The position numbers and the translations under genes were made by a program. Under the pieces are notes generated by a model that made no database searches, had not been told where the DNA came from, and saw only the letters and a list, made by a program, of their open reading frames with translations. A stretch of 64,000 nucleotides of DNA, taken from Kondoa subrosea (Eukaryota). This document shows, one piece after another, positions 37,143 to 51,294 of the stretch. Location: the NCBI GenBank assembly GCA_039545335.1, contig BCIN01000005.1:1333946-1397945 (forward strand), read 5' to 3'. Numbering within the stretch: position 1 is the first letter of the stretch; every line of letters starts with the position of its first letter.

Positions 37143-39581
37143 ATGACGACTGCCTCTGCTGAATCACAGTCGCAACAGAATAGGCCTCTGACCTACGCCG
37201 AAAGAGCCAAGCAGTCGCAAGCTCGAAAAGAGGCTCAATACAATGCTGCCACTTCAACGGAAGCTGCAAAGAATTCAACCTCTCAACCTTCATCCTCGTT
37301 GAAAGAAACATCTGCCTCTTCTAGTCAAGCTCCATCTGTTGCTCCAACACCTTCCACTGTATCCGAATCTATCCCCTCTTCTGCTTCATCGGCTAATGGC
37401 ACATCTCACGCAAGTTTGAAGGATGGCAACACAGAGCTAGATGAAACACCAGCTTCCTCAGTCGCTGAACTCAGTATTGACTCAACAGGTCAAGAGCAAG
37501 CAGAAAATACAGCCGATTCTTCTGACACTTCTCCTGCTGTTCCACAACCAGCGCCTGTGCCTGCAAAGCCTCCAGTCAATGTCTGGGCCGTGAGAAAGAC
37601 ACAGATGGCTTCGGCTGAAAAGCCAGCAGTGGAAGCATCTCCCGCTTTTCCACAACCTTCGACAGAAAAGCCAAAGTTTGGAACAGGCAGCGGGATTGGG
37701 ATCGCTAGGCGAAAGGAGGAAGCCGCAAAGCCCAACAATTCTGCTGCATCATCTAAGAAAGCGTTTGGTGTTCGCAATTCTGCTGTAGCTGTTGGTGTGA
37801 TTGGCTCTTCTCAAGCAATTCAACGCTCTTCTCCCAAAACGAATCATAATCTTCCTTTACCTTCACCGTCAGATCAATCCATGTGGCCAAGTCCTTCTGT
37901 CGAACCGGATCATCCAAGTGCGAATGCAGGGAAAGGTCAGGCGCGAGAGGGTAAAAGTGTATCTTCCGAAGTGAATGAGAACACGCAGGGACAGGAGGGA
38001 GCGAAGAACAAAAAATGTACGTCGTAAAAACGCTTCCATGGCGTCGTCAAATGCTCATTGTGTTTCTTAGCTAAATGGATACCCATACAAGTTGACATCA
38101 ATGTCAAGTCTTCAACGCCGATGGCTTCCACACGCAATATCGACGCAAAGCGAGGCAAGGGCGATGATCGCAAACGAAATGAGAAAACGCAGCCTTCGCT
38201 GCCAGGCGGTAGTCGAAAAACAGCGGCTGCCTCTGCTACGCATTCAGTCGGCCCGTCAAAAGATCAAGCGTCTGCCCCTTCATCTTCTTCATTACCTGTC
38301 GACGAGAAATCAAGACAGTCACCTGTCGCATTTCAGTATGAAGGCAAATCTTCTTCGCCTGTTAAGACTAGATCGGAGACGGTCCCAGGCTTGAGCTCTT
38401 CTGAATTACCAAGCCTACCGAATGGAATGAATGGTCATGTTGAATCCAATGAACGCACTGGTCCTACACCTCATGTTCGAAACGAAAGTGCTCCTGCGGG
38501 ACAACATGCCTTTGGAAACACGTACACAAGGCGCGGAGGAAGAGGCGGTGGCGGCTTCTTTGCGAATGGTAGTCGAGGCAATGCACGATTTGGCAACAAC
38601 TCCTTCTATCGGAACAATGGGCAGGGCCAACAGCAATTCAACAATCGCAATGTACCAAATTTCAATCCCGCTTCTCCACCTAGTCCTAATCCTGCTATGT
38701 TGCCAAATGGATTCTCTTCTTCCTCTCCTCCTCAACAGCCTGGCCCATATGTGCCTTATCCTGAATTCGATCCATATTTCATGCAACAACAGCATCAAGG
38801 TTACAATCCTTACATGCCAATGCCTGCGTATGGATTTCCGGCTCCCGAATATTCGCAGCAGATGTACTTCCCCGATGCGGGTGCCGTTCCTCCAATGCCA
38901 GTAATGCCTTACCAACGACCGGAACCGAAGAACGTACATCTTTTGATGGATCCACCTCTAGATCCTACTTCGTATTGGGTCCTAGGACAGACTGAATTCT
39001 ATCTGAGTGAAGATAATCTGGCTAGGGATGTGTTTTTGAGGGAACAAGTGAGTCATAACGTTTGAGCATCAAACTTAGCTTATGCTTTTTACCAGATGGA
39101 TGCTGAAGGATGGATATCGATTGCGATGATAGCCACATTCAAGCGTCTGGCCTCTCTTTCAGACGATCTGAACCTAATCAAGAGCGCACTGCAAAGAAGT
39201 ACGGAATTGGAAGTAGATGGAGACCTGGTTCGACGGAGAAGCGATTGGTTCAAATGGGTCATGCCAAATTCTCGACCAGCTAAATCATCACCTCCGTTAA
39301 GCGAAGCAGCTATAGCTCTACACAAGGCAGCCAAAGCCGGTGTCGTTTCTTCCCCTTCGTTACAGCAACAACCAATTTCTTCTTCTCTACCTCAGCAAAA
39401 CGTTATACCGTCCCAGGGACCGATGTCAAACGGATCTACTGAGGCGGTGAGTGGTGATTCGAGTCCCAACAAAAGCGAAAGGGTCGAACCTCTACCTCAT
39501 GCAGGCTTGAGCACACCTCCACCTTCAATGCTTAGTGGTTTGGCTTCTAAAGTCAAAGCTGCTTCCCCTCAGCGTAAGTAG
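37143..39581 (+). CDS. La-motif RNA-binding protein (Sro9/Slf1/LARP1-like)
   Basis: PPVNVW and SMWPSP motifs, RGG tract, La motif QTEFYLSEDNLARDVFLREQMDAEGWISIAMIATFKRL..LVRRR..W. Confidence 0.85.
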
Positions 39582-40193
39582 AGATTCCCGAACCGATGCA
39601 GAAAAGAACTGATTTTACGACTACCAGTTTCTGGTTCTTTGGCTCAGTCCGTTTTTACCAATGGCAGCAATTCAGAAGCATCAGAGACCATCTCAACATG
39701 ACAAGTCGGACGACACGCATTCAAACACTTAACGGCTTAGCGTCATTGCCAGTAATAACCTCAACTTTTTTTACACTTATTCTTCTCTGCATGCACTTGC
39801 GTCTACTATTCTCAATAAGCTTCAAAAGGGTGTACATACAAAACAAATCAGTGCAAGCAGATCAGCAAGTGGCTTCAGAGAGGTTAAGAGGAATGGTTTA
39901 GAAAGACTCAAGCTTTAGTTTTCACTTTCTTTCACTTGGGTTTCCGCCTCAATTGCATACATACACTTGTACACATCTTCGGCGTGCTGTCTAAAGCATT
40001 ATAGAGCACTTTTGAGCTGATCGCCGCGTGTCGACTCCTGTGTTGATTTCCAGAATTCGTAACCTTCCCTCTCCTCAAGCGGCCAATGGCACTCGCTTGA
40101 AGTCCCCACTATATTACCCTTACTTCTACAGCCCTATACCCTGCCCTCAGAACCTAGCTAGAGCCACTCAATTTGGCCATTGTTTCGCACGCC

Positions 40194-43100
40194 ATGACCG
40201 CTAATCAAACAGAAGATCTCACGCGCAAACAGTCGCATAGACGACTCTACTCTTCCGCTGAACCTTCCTTGAATGGAAACAATGATCTGCCTGTCGTTAC
40301 TTTCGCTCCTTTGATTTCTATAGCAAAGAGACCTGGATTAGCTGCAGATGCCGCCGCTCAACAAGCTTTCGTACGCTCTTGCTTTCGCGCTGTACGTACA
40401 AACTAGACGTGTGCTGAGATGGATTCATGCAGCATGAGAAAACTTGGGTTTGGGTACCCGATGCAACTAAAGGATATGTGTCGAGTTGGGTGATGAAGGA
40501 AGAAGGAGACATGGCTGAATGTATGGGTATCGACGATAAGGTAGGTCTCAACCGGCTTTTGCATAGAAGCGACTGATACTGATTGGGGAATAGATCCGCA
40601 ATATAGCTAAAGATGAATACAGCAAACAGAATCCGCCAAAGGTCTGTTCATAAGATCAGTAGTACGCACTCCTTCTGACAAACAATCTACAGTTCGATCA
40701 AGTAGAAGACATGGCTGAACTTACGCATCTCAATGAAGCTTCAGTAGTTCATAACTTGGAAACCCGATACAAAAATGATCGCATATATGCAAGTGCTGGC
40801 ACAGGCATGCGCTGTATAGCTGCTTATGCTTTCTCTAGACCTACTCTGGACCTTTCTTGGTCGCAGTCAACCCATACCGCAATCTAGATGGCTATTATTC
40901 TGCGGCTGCTATCGATCGTGTGTTTTACTTTATACCTCACCTTCGTTCCGGCTCACAATACAACAGAGTACATGAATAGAAGACGAGAAGAGAACCCACC
41001 ACATATTTTCGCTGTCGCACAACAAGCTTGGGCAAACATGGTGTCTGAGCGAGAAGGTCAAAGTATTCTGATTACTGGTGAATCCGGAGCGGGAAAGACG
41101 GAAAACACCAAGAAGGTCATCCAATTCCTTACAGCAATAGCAGCGGATGCTTCCAACACTCTGCCACCTTCCGGTTCCGCCGATGCTGTTGAAGCCATCA
41201 TGTCTCCCAATCTATCCCGGCAGAACTCGTTTCAGCAACAGCAGAGCTACTTTCCAGCTGGCAAGAAACTGGGTCAACTGGAACGGCAGATTTTGCAAGC
41301 CAATCCGATTCTCGAAGCGTTCGGTAATGCTCAAACCGTTCGCAATAACAACTCTTCGCGATTCGGCAAATTTGTTCGGATCGAGTTCAATGCAAGTGGT
41401 GGAATCGCTGGCGCTTTCATCGATTGGTACCTTTTGGAAAAGAGCAGAGTCACAAGTCGATCTCCGCATGAACGCTCTTTTCATGTTTTCTACCAGCTTC
41501 TTCGCGGCGCTGATCCGAAACTCAGGCAAGATCTGTATCTGAGAGGCGATGTGAGCGACTACGCCTACTTATCAGCTACAAGGACCGATGTCGACGAGAT
41601 TGATGACCGTCAAGAATGGAAACATCTCGTTAGTGCATTGCACATTGTTGGTTTCACTCCTGCAGAACAACTGGACATCTTCCGAGCGGTCGCGGCAATC
41701 TTGCATTTGGGCAATGTCGAAGTATCTGGCAAAGATCGAGCTTTGATCGATAATCCAGATCAAATAGAAATCGTAGCTGCTTTACTAAACCTCTCGCCCA
41801 AAGCCTTCTCCTCTGCACTCACTCAACCTCGTGTCAAAGCTGGGCGTGAATGGGTCACTCAAGCTCGCTCTAGGTCGCAAGTCGTCGATGAGATCGCTTC
41901 TGTTTGCAAGACTCTGTATGAAAAGACTTTTGGCGCCATCGTTGAACGCATCAACAAAGCGTTGGAAAGACCGACACACAAAGCTACCTTTATAGGTGTT
42001 CTCGACATCGCTGGTTTCGAAATCTTTGAACGAAACAGTTTTGAGCAACTTTGCATCAATTACACCAACGAGAAGTTGCAACAATTCTTCAATCATCATA
42101 TGTTTGTTCTTGAACAGGAAGAATACGAACGAGAAGAAATTGGTTGGAAGTTTGAGAACTTCGGTATGGATTTGCAACCGACTATCGATCTGATCGAAAG
42201 CTCTCAACCTGTCGGTATTCTTGCTTGTCTTGACGAGGAGTGCATTATGCCCAAAGCTTCGGACGAGACCTTCACTGACAAATTACGGCAACTCTTCTTT
42301 ACTCCTGATAACGCTCGTTCAGATAATCCCGCAACTAAATTCTCGGCAAACAGATTCGAGAAGCTCAGCTTCACAGTTCAACATTATGCTGGCAAAGTTG
42401 AATACAAGACTGACAATTGGTTGGACAAGAATAAAGATCCTCTTAATGAGAACCTCACTTCCGTTCTCGCTGCTTCTTCGGATCCTTTTGTAGGCAGTCT
42501 GTTTGCAGAATTCGCCGATACTACAACAAGTACCAACGTACGCACAGTGGTGAAGCGCGGTGCGTTCCGGACCGTCGGTCAGCGACACAAGGAGCAGCTA
42601 CATTCTCTCATGACTCAGCTCCGATCTACTTCACCTCATTTCGTTCGTTGTATCGTGCCAAATCCCAACAAACGGCCAAGTATCATCAACACACCTCTTG
42701 TTCTGGAACAACTGCGTTGTAATGGTGTCCTCGAAGGTATCAGAATAGCTCGACTTGGTTACCCTAATCGACTGCCTTTCATCGAATTCCGCCATCGCTA
42801 TGAAGTGCTCACGCCTGGTGTGATTCCGAAAGGATACATGGATGGCAGAAAAGCCTGCCAAGGCATGCTTGCTGCTCTACAACTCAATCCATCCGACTTC
42901 AAAGTCGGTAGATCGAAAGCCTTTTTCAAAGCTGGCGTTCTGGCTGAATTGGAAGAACGAAGGGATGAGTTGCTGTATGGTATCTTCAGTCGTATTCAAG
43001 CTGCTTGTCGAAGATACACTGCTCGACGTGGATTGCTGAAAGTTCTCAACCGAGCTATGGCTGCCAGAACCATACAGCGCAACGCTAGAATTTACTTGGC

Positions 43101-46100
43101 TCTTCGTCAATGGCCCTGGTGGCCTTTGTATACCAAAGTTCGACCTTTGTTAGCTGCTTCAAGATCAGATGACGAGCTTAGAAGGAAAGAAGCGGAATTG
43201 GTTCTGGCCAAAGAACGAGAACAACGAGATGCTCAAGAAAAGGAAAGGCTTGCTCAGCTGCAGATGAAGGCGGACGCAGATAGAAAGCGGATTGAAGAAG
43301 CTCTCGAAGCAGAGAGGCTGCTTGCTTCTGAGAAGGATGAGTCATTGAAGCGAGCTATGCAACGAGCAAAGATCCTTGAGGATGTAAGCGCTGCTGCGAT
43401 CCGAAGTGGCATTTGAACTAATCGTTTTGGTTATTATAGAACATCGAGTCTGCTGAGCATGATATCGATAAGCTACTAGAAGATCGCGAAGAGTCTCAGC
43501 GTCGATACGACAATCTTCACAAGAAGTTTATATCGCTCAAGGAAAACTTCGAGACGGCTGCCAATCACCTCGAGCGTTTAGAGAAAGAACAAAACGACTG
43601 GAAATCTCAGGAAACAACTCTTATGAATGTTAGCAAACAGTCGTCTGCCGAACGTGATGAAATCTTGCGTGCAAGCGATTCCCTCAGGAGTGAATGTGAC
43701 AAGTTGCATCGCCAAGTACAAGCATCTGCAGAAGATTTGAAGAGAGCAGAGGCGAGAATGGCGGCTACTGTCCAAAGTCTACAGTCAAAGCTGGATGCTG
43801 CAGTTGCCGACAAGCAGAATTTGCAGACCAAGGTTTCTTCTATCGAGCGAGAAGCTCAGCAAGCCCAGGCCCAACTCAGCAACCTTTCTCAAGCTTCTAC
43901 CGATTACGAAGCTATTCTCAAGAAGAAAGAAGGCGAACTCTTACGCATCGGCAGTCAGATTTCAACCTTCGAAGAGATCAAGAACAAACAAGAGACTGAA
44001 CTCACCCAACTTCGTACTCGCTTGGCGAATCTTACAAAAGATGCCGAAAGCTCGAAGCAGCAGAGTGATTTGTCGACTGCTGCGCGCAACAAGGCGGAAC
44101 GCGAGTTGGCTGAACTGCAAGCTTTGTTGGCAACAAAGGTCTCAGAAGATGAGTCAAAAACCGAGTCCGCTAGGCAGATGTCAAGCCAACTTGTCGAGAT
44201 GCGACAGCAAGTGGCAAGTCTGCAGTCCGAAATGGCAAAGATCGAACGATCTGCAAATTCTTCAATTACCTCTCTGCAGTCGGAACTTTCAGCAGCTCAG
44301 AAGATGCGAGACTCCGCAACATCAAAGCAGGCTGAGAGCGAACGACAATTGTCGGTTGTGACTGCCAAGCTCGCAGAACTGGAACGATCACTCGCGCTAG
44401 CGGATCGTACTCGCAGTACTGCACAAAGCGAATTACAGACAGCTCGTGCAGAACAACTGGCCGCCGACGAAAGTCTTCGCAAGCTCCGTCAAGAACAGGT
44501 CGAAACTGAACGCGAACTCTCTGCACTTTCAGTCAAATATCGCAGTTATGAAGAAGCGATGGTCCGGTCCGATAGGGATCAAGCGGCTCTGCAGCAACAA
44601 GTGGTCCAGCTCAAGGCTTTGCTCGAAACCGAAATGTCAACACGTACTCGGCTCGAGACTTCCTCGCGCCAACACGAAACTAAAGTTCAAGACCTGCAAC
44701 AACGCTTGACAAAGCAAGAAAGGTTCTGCGTCGATCTACAAACAGAGATCGAGAACAAGGAGGTCGCTTTGAACAAGTCAAAAGCCCTTGAGAACAAGAC
44801 CATTGTTGAGCATGTGCATACCTTGGAGAAAGCAATGAAGGTCCAAGATAGACAACTAGCTGAAGCTCAGACTCGTCATGCCAGCGCACAACAGCTCATT
44901 CACACTCTCGAGAAGGCAAAGGCAAGATTGACTGGCGAACTCGAAGATCTAAGTCGATCCACGCAAAAAGACGTCTCTTCTCAACGTGCGATAGAACACA
45001 AGATGGCCTCTTTGCAGCAGACAGCAACCAAAGCTTCCGAAAGCCTAAATCGCGAGAGGCAAGCGCGCGAGATGGCTGATAAGGCCAGCGATAAGTATAA
45101 AAGCGAACTGAGAGACAAGCAAACTCAGCTCGAATCGACCAAGCGTGAATTGGCTCAAGTGGAAAAGATCAAAGCTGGCTTGCAGAAAGAGCTTGCTTCT
45201 CTTGCTAGAGCAACCTCTCCGCCGCCGGTCATGCAAACCTTCGGCAATATTGGCAAGGCGCAACCGAATGGCAATCGTCACCTCCTCGATGAGCTAGCTA
45301 GGAGTGCGACTGAAATGTCGGATCAGATGGATGCACGGTATGCGGCGGCTGTCACGCGAATTTTTACTTCTGACCCTTATGAATAGTATAAATTCGCTGA
45401 AATCTGCCTCAGAGCCCAAGACTTTCGGCAACCTTTCGCCTGCTCGCGCTCGCCACGGCGGTGCAAACGGCATGGGTCGACATATGTCCGTCGACTTGGA
45501 TATGAACGCGCGCCAACAACCGAGAGCGGCTCAAACAGCGGACTTACAAATGCTCGAGTGAGTTTAGAGTTTGTGAAAGCAAAAAGTTTCATACTCATTC
45601 TCTGTAGATTGGAACGAATGGCTTCGGAAAGAGTCCGCAGGCATCTTGAATCTCAAGTTCAGCAGATGGCGAGCATCATACAGCAGTCTTCGAAACCAGG
45701 ATTCTCCAATATGGAAGCTCAGCGGCGGTTAGATCGCGAAAACGCTACTCTTCAGGACCTTCTACGACAAGAAGCTGCTGCCCGGAAAGAAGCCGAAACT
45801 GCTCGATTACAGGGCTCGGATGCTCTTCAAGCACATCAGTAGGCTTATCTCGTATCCGCTTTGCAGATTATTAATTTGGAGCTCAGCCTGAAAGTAAAGT
45901 CTTCTCTCGATGACCGCTTTCTACAATTGGAGGAAAGTCGCAAGGCGCTTCAAGGCCTTCAACGGCAGACAAAGCAAGAAAATGAGAATTTGAGCATCAA
46001 TCTGCAGGAAAGCGCTCGCATCAAGCAGGACCTCGAATCAGAACTAAATCAGGTCAGATGCACTTTGATTATCCTGTGTTCGCATATCTAAAATTCTATA

Positions 46101-48081
46101 CAGCTCAAATCGCATGTGAGGGGTATGGAACAGCAACGCAATCAAGATCAAGAGGAGAACGCTCAATTACGCTTACATCTCCAAGAACTTCAATTGGATT
46201 CAGCTGCAACGGCTGGCTATGAACAGGAAATCGTGTCTGCCCAACAACGAGCCGACAGCTATCGTGAGCAGATCGAGGCTGCCAAAGTCGGTAGGCGTGA
46301 TGCAGAACGGTAAGCAGATTTCCAGGTCAGATGTCCGTAACTGACATGCCATTTGCGCAGGGCCGAAACGTGAGTGCGCTGTAGTGCTTCTACTTTTAAT
46401 ACTCATTTACTTGTAGATCTGCTCGAATGGCGCAAGCGGAGGCAGAACGCATCAAAGCAGAAGCTATAGCAGAGCGCGAGTCTGCCGAATCCCGAGCTCG
46501 AGCTGCAGAACAATATGCTCGCGAATTGGAAGCAAAATATGAAAGTGATACCAATCGCTTCAAGCTACAGGATTTGGAACGCGATTGCCGGCGATTACAA
46601 GCTGACCTGGAGAGCGAACGTCAACAGCATAACCGATCTGAGGCTGAGAACGATGAGCGTATGGAGACCTTGCAAAAGGTAAGCTCCTTTCGCTGGGTTT
46701 GAGATAGATTGATGGTTGAACGAGTTCCACAGGCCTACCAAGCTCAGCTTGAACAGCTCACAGTGGAATCCGATACCCAGCGAGAGTCTGCCAGTCGCCT
46801 CCGGGATGATTTGCGGAATCTCAAGAGCGTGAGCTTTCCATGTCGTTGTAAAGAATGTGATTTCATTCTTCTTGAAAGGCGCATGATGAGCTGCAGATAC
46901 GCTATGATGACGAAGTACATAGTCAAACAGCGTGGAAATACGATCGAGATCGCCTTGAAGACCAACTCATTCGCTCCAAGCGAGCATTCGATGATGCCAC
47001 TGGAAGACAAGGCGAAATGCAAGCCCAGAATGTCGAACTTGTATCGCAAAACCGCGATTTGCATCTACGCCTCGATGAAGCAGAAGCAGACAAGGCAGCT
47101 TTACAGCAGGCCAAGCGTTCTCTTGAGCAGCGTTTGCAAAGTTTCTCAGAGATTAAACGTGAATTCTTGTGTCATTTTCGCCTGATATTAGCTGAATGAG
47201 TTGTTCACAGAACCGTCTGATGGATCAGCTCGTGCACTTGAAATGGAAAGGGACGACCTGCGGAAAGAACTGGAAGCATCTTTTACCCGTCTTAATCTAG
47301 CACAGAGTAGACAGCAGGGAGCCGAAGCTTTTGCGAACGAACAGCAACGGAATGCAGCTCGCGAAAGAGAAGAAGCAAGCAAAGTGTCACGAGAAAATGT
47401 GAGCTTGCTACAGACTTCCACTAGCTTTACTTAAGGATGATTGCAGGACGAACTTCAACGCCAACTCAAAGAGCTCAAAGTCAGATTAGCAGACTTCGAA
47501 GGCCGGACCTTTGCATCTTCCCCTCGCCCGCCCATGTCTCGTCATGCAGACGGTCGAGTGGAGGAACTGGCTCAAGAATTGAAGGAAGAGCGACGCCTGC
47601 GTACAGAAGCTCGTGAAGCTGCTCGAGAGCGGGAGTTCGTGATTAGAGATCTGCAAGCGAAGTTACAAGAAGCAGAGACCGCTAAGAGGCGGTTGGAATC
47701 TGACACAGACGGCAATGCTGGTCAAGTCCTGCGAGTGAGTACGCATGCTACAGTGCTTGAACACAAGTTCATGCGTTCCAATAGCTTAAGCAAAATCTAA
47801 GCGAACTTCGGAACTCGGAATCGCAAGCTCAGCTCTTCGCTTCGAAACTACAAAGAGACTTTGAGAGTGTTAGCGAGAGAGAGGCTCGGTTAGTTATTAT
47901 CTTCTCCTCCTTTCGGCGCCGTTCTGATGGCATGCACAGACTCAAATCTGAATTAGATGCTCTTCGCAAGCGTCTTGATCTATCTCGGTCACCCTCAACA
48001 ATGCCAGCAAGTCTTCGCAATCAAGCTTATGCTCAAAGTAGAGAATCAACGCCTTCTTCGCCAATCCGAAGGCCTCATTAG
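40194..48081 (+). CDS. MYO1: Class II myosin heavy chain (budding-yeast MYO1 / fission-yeast myo2 type)
   Basis: N-terminal SH3-like [29 protein letters not shown]-loop [46 protein letters not shown], class [16 protein letters not shown], long coiled-coil tail over many exons. Confidence 0.93.
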
Positions 48082-48262
48082 GTACCTATACCATGGTTTT
48101 ATGTTTCGTCTTTCGGTCGATTGTGTATAGTCGTCATTTCGTTGTTTGTATATGTCCTGTATCGAATATCAATGCATGTCATTCCAGATCAGATAGGGCT
48201 TAAGTATTATTTATAATTGTGCTTCAGGCCTTCATCCATTTTCGACGACCCATTACATTGCC

Positions 48263-49929
48263 ATGGCAGCGGTCGAAACGATAACAGAGAGCATCGACTC
48301 GGAAGCCTTCTTCAGTCGCTTTGTGAAACAGCGCGTACGCTTCTCGCAGGACACATGTCATTCAACCCAAAGATATTCAAATTCTCTCTTCGCTGTAGTT
48401 GCCTGCTGTTCTGTCTTCTATTCCTGCAGACTTGCTACCGATCAGCCAGAAATGGGTCTGTCATATTACCCGTCGCCTGCCTAGGCTGAAATGTTTCATT
48501 GTTGTATAGTAGAGCAATGTCCAATACCTCTCTGAAGCGGCTGGCGATTGTACGATATATCGACCTGAAGCACTGAGCAGAGCTGACCCTATACCATATT
48601 AGCTGAAGTCTTGGTTGAGCCAATCAATGCGGACACAAAGCAATTCGGGACAGGAATCAAGCGGTAAGCAGTCTAGATCATTGACTGTCTGTATGCTCAT
48701 TATGTACTTTAGTGTCAAGATGCCTTTCGCTCAATTTCTAGCCGATCTCTCCTCAGACAAAGGCGAAAAGAGCTACCTCACCACTCAATACGATGATCAA
48801 GCTGAACCTTTGCGCATTCCACCGCCTCTCGATCACTTGCTTCAAGATATCCCTCTGCAACCAGCATTGACGGGCTCCTTAATCTTGCAACAGATGAATC
48901 TTTGGATGGGAAAATCCAAATCCGGTTCTTCCTCTGGTTTACATCACGATCATCAAGATAACCTCTACTTACTGATTTCTGGACAAAAACGATTCGTACT
49001 CTATCCACCGTCTTCAGCTGAATCGTTATACCCTTATGGACAATTAGAAAAGATTCATGCGAATGGAGTCATCAGTTACAATTCTAGTAGAACTCGAGCG
49101 GATGGTTTACATCCTAGACATTTTGCGGAATTGGAAGTGGAAGCTTTGGAGAATGTAATAGAATCATGTAACGATGATGAGAAAAGGCAAGAGTTGGAAG
49201 AACAGCTGGATCAATCTAGAGATCGGTTGATGGATTTCATGCTCCAGGATGGAGGTGATGAACCTGATGCGTATGATCAGATGCAATTAGGTCTAGCGGG
49301 CAGCGAAGATGAAGAAGCGGAAGAGGAAGGAGATTTACCTGTTTTCCCTCAAGGCGAAGATTCAGACGAGGAAGAAGAAGACGGAGATGGGCCTGCTTTC
49401 CCTCAATTACCAAAGACTGGAGAATCGGAATACGCACTGCAGGAAGATGACGATAATCCACAACCTGTTTCTTTCTCTAAGATCCCTTCTGCTGTTCTAC
49501 ACAAATATCTCGGTCTGTCCTCTGCATCCTCGTCAGATATACAAGACTCTTTGCAAGAGTTTCCAAAGTTGGCAGAAGTGAAACCTTTGATAATTGATCT
49601 GAAAGCTGGTCAGATGCTTTACCTTCCAGTAAGTTCGCCCCATACCCCTGATATGGGATAGCACTAAGGCCAATGAATTGCAGGCATCATGGTGGCACGA
49701 AGTCACGTCGATATCAGCTGCCTCAAACGAACCTCATATTGCACTCAATTTCTGGTTCCACCCGCCTGATGGTAAAAAGTACGATGAGCCGTATCAAGAT
49801 TCGCTTGTATGGTCATATGTAAGAAGGAAACAAGCTGAAGAAGACCAGATACATTCGAGCAAAAGCAAGGCCAAGAAGAGGGCAATCAGTCCTATGGCAC
49901 AGAGCAGTAGTAAAAAGAGCAGGAAATGA
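48263..49929 (+). CDS. JmjC/Cupin_8 2-oxoglutarate-Fe(II) oxygenase
   Basis: NLWMG..SSSGLHHDHQDNLY (HxD), LKAGQMLYLPASWWHEV (distal His), ALNFWF. Confidence 0.85.
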
Positions 49930-50080
49930 AGCGGATAGATCCTTTGCTTGCATATCACAGCTATCAGACAATCACTTTGCGCTGGATTAGCGTCGTTGAA
50001 GGGTCTCCGCATGCCACAACGCGTTCTTCGGCGTTTCAATTGACCGAGTTGTTCTCAAACCATTTCAGTTCCTTTACAAC

Positions 50081-51131
50081 ATGGCAGCCGTTCAGCAGAA
50101 ACAGATCAATCCTCTCTTAGCCAGCTACTTGCTGTCCCTGGCTACTGTGAGCTTGAATTGCGACAATTGCGGTATTCACATGTCTCACAATGTGCATAAA
50201 ATAGAGACCCCTCCTTACCAAAGCTTTGACTTCCGGAACTCTCTCGTTAGTCTCTACGTATCTACAAGTGCATAGATCTGATGCGGGCAGCACAGATTCT
50301 TGCAAGAAATTGTTGCGAGCAAAGTAGCCGGTTCACCACCTCCCGCAATCGAATCCACAGGCATAGCTCCTTTGGATGCTATTAAACGCAATCAGAAAGC
50401 TTTCAAATTAGCCGCCTATGGTTTCTTTGTCAGCGCCCCTCTGTCTCACACTTTGGTTGGCATCTTGCAACGCCAATTCGCTGGAAGAACCGATGGCAAA
50501 TCCAAGGTGCGCTGGACTGAAGAGTGCAATCGGCGTGATGCTGATTTGTTTATTTGTGTCGGTGCACAGCTCCTACAAATCTTGGCTAGCAACTTCCTTA
50601 TCTCGCCAATCGTAGTTACTGGTAGGCTTTATCTTATGCCTGCTTGTCAGTACATGGTACAATACTTTCTCTCTTACAGCCTACTTGGCCAGTATGTGTG
50701 TTATCAATGGCGGCAAGTCATTGAACGCTATTATCGAGTTCGTCAGGGTAAGACACATTATCGAACCCAGTAGACTGTGCTCATCATTGCGGACTGTAGC
50801 TCGGTTTCGGAAGAGCCTGGCGTGTGGGTTTGATTACCAATCCTCTGTCTCTTCTTTTTGTAAGCTCAGACCAAAGCAACTTCCTGGCTAGACTAATGAT
50901 GTTCTTCTCAATTCACTCAGGCCCAGAGGTTCCTCTCGCCTGAAGCATGGGTACCATTCTTCTCCTTCATTTCCTTCTTGGTCGGAACAAAGATCAACAT
51001 CGATATCAAGCGTGCCAACGTTGTAAGTGGCCTTTCGTGAGGTAGTGCAATTCGCTCTGAGAACATAAATACAGACTGCACGAGCCAAAGCTTCAGCTGC
51101 AAGAAAGGAGGCCGAAGGCAAAGGCTTTTAA
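50081..51131 (+). CDS. Mpv17/PMP22-family peroxisomal membrane protein
   Basis: LTKALTSG..QEIVA, AAYGFFVSAPLSH, QILASNFLISPI, AQRFLSPEAWVPFFSFISFLVGT. Confidence 0.8.
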
Positions 51132-51294
51132 ATGGATGTGTGGTGCAAAGTCTGGTGAAATCGTCAAGTTTATTCTCCTTCGAGCGGTGTTCACAGACGG
51201 AAAGAATGCGAGACTAAAGCATACTCTTTTGTACAACTTTGGTTTGGAAATCGGCAATGCAGGAATATCATATGTACAAACAACAACTGAAATC

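Noticed and set aside
40930..47421. Numerous antisense ORFs opposite the myosin gene (similar ones lie opposite SEC2 and the DUF4211 gene)
   Set aside because: Shadow ORFs of codon-biased coding sequence with no recognisable motifs.
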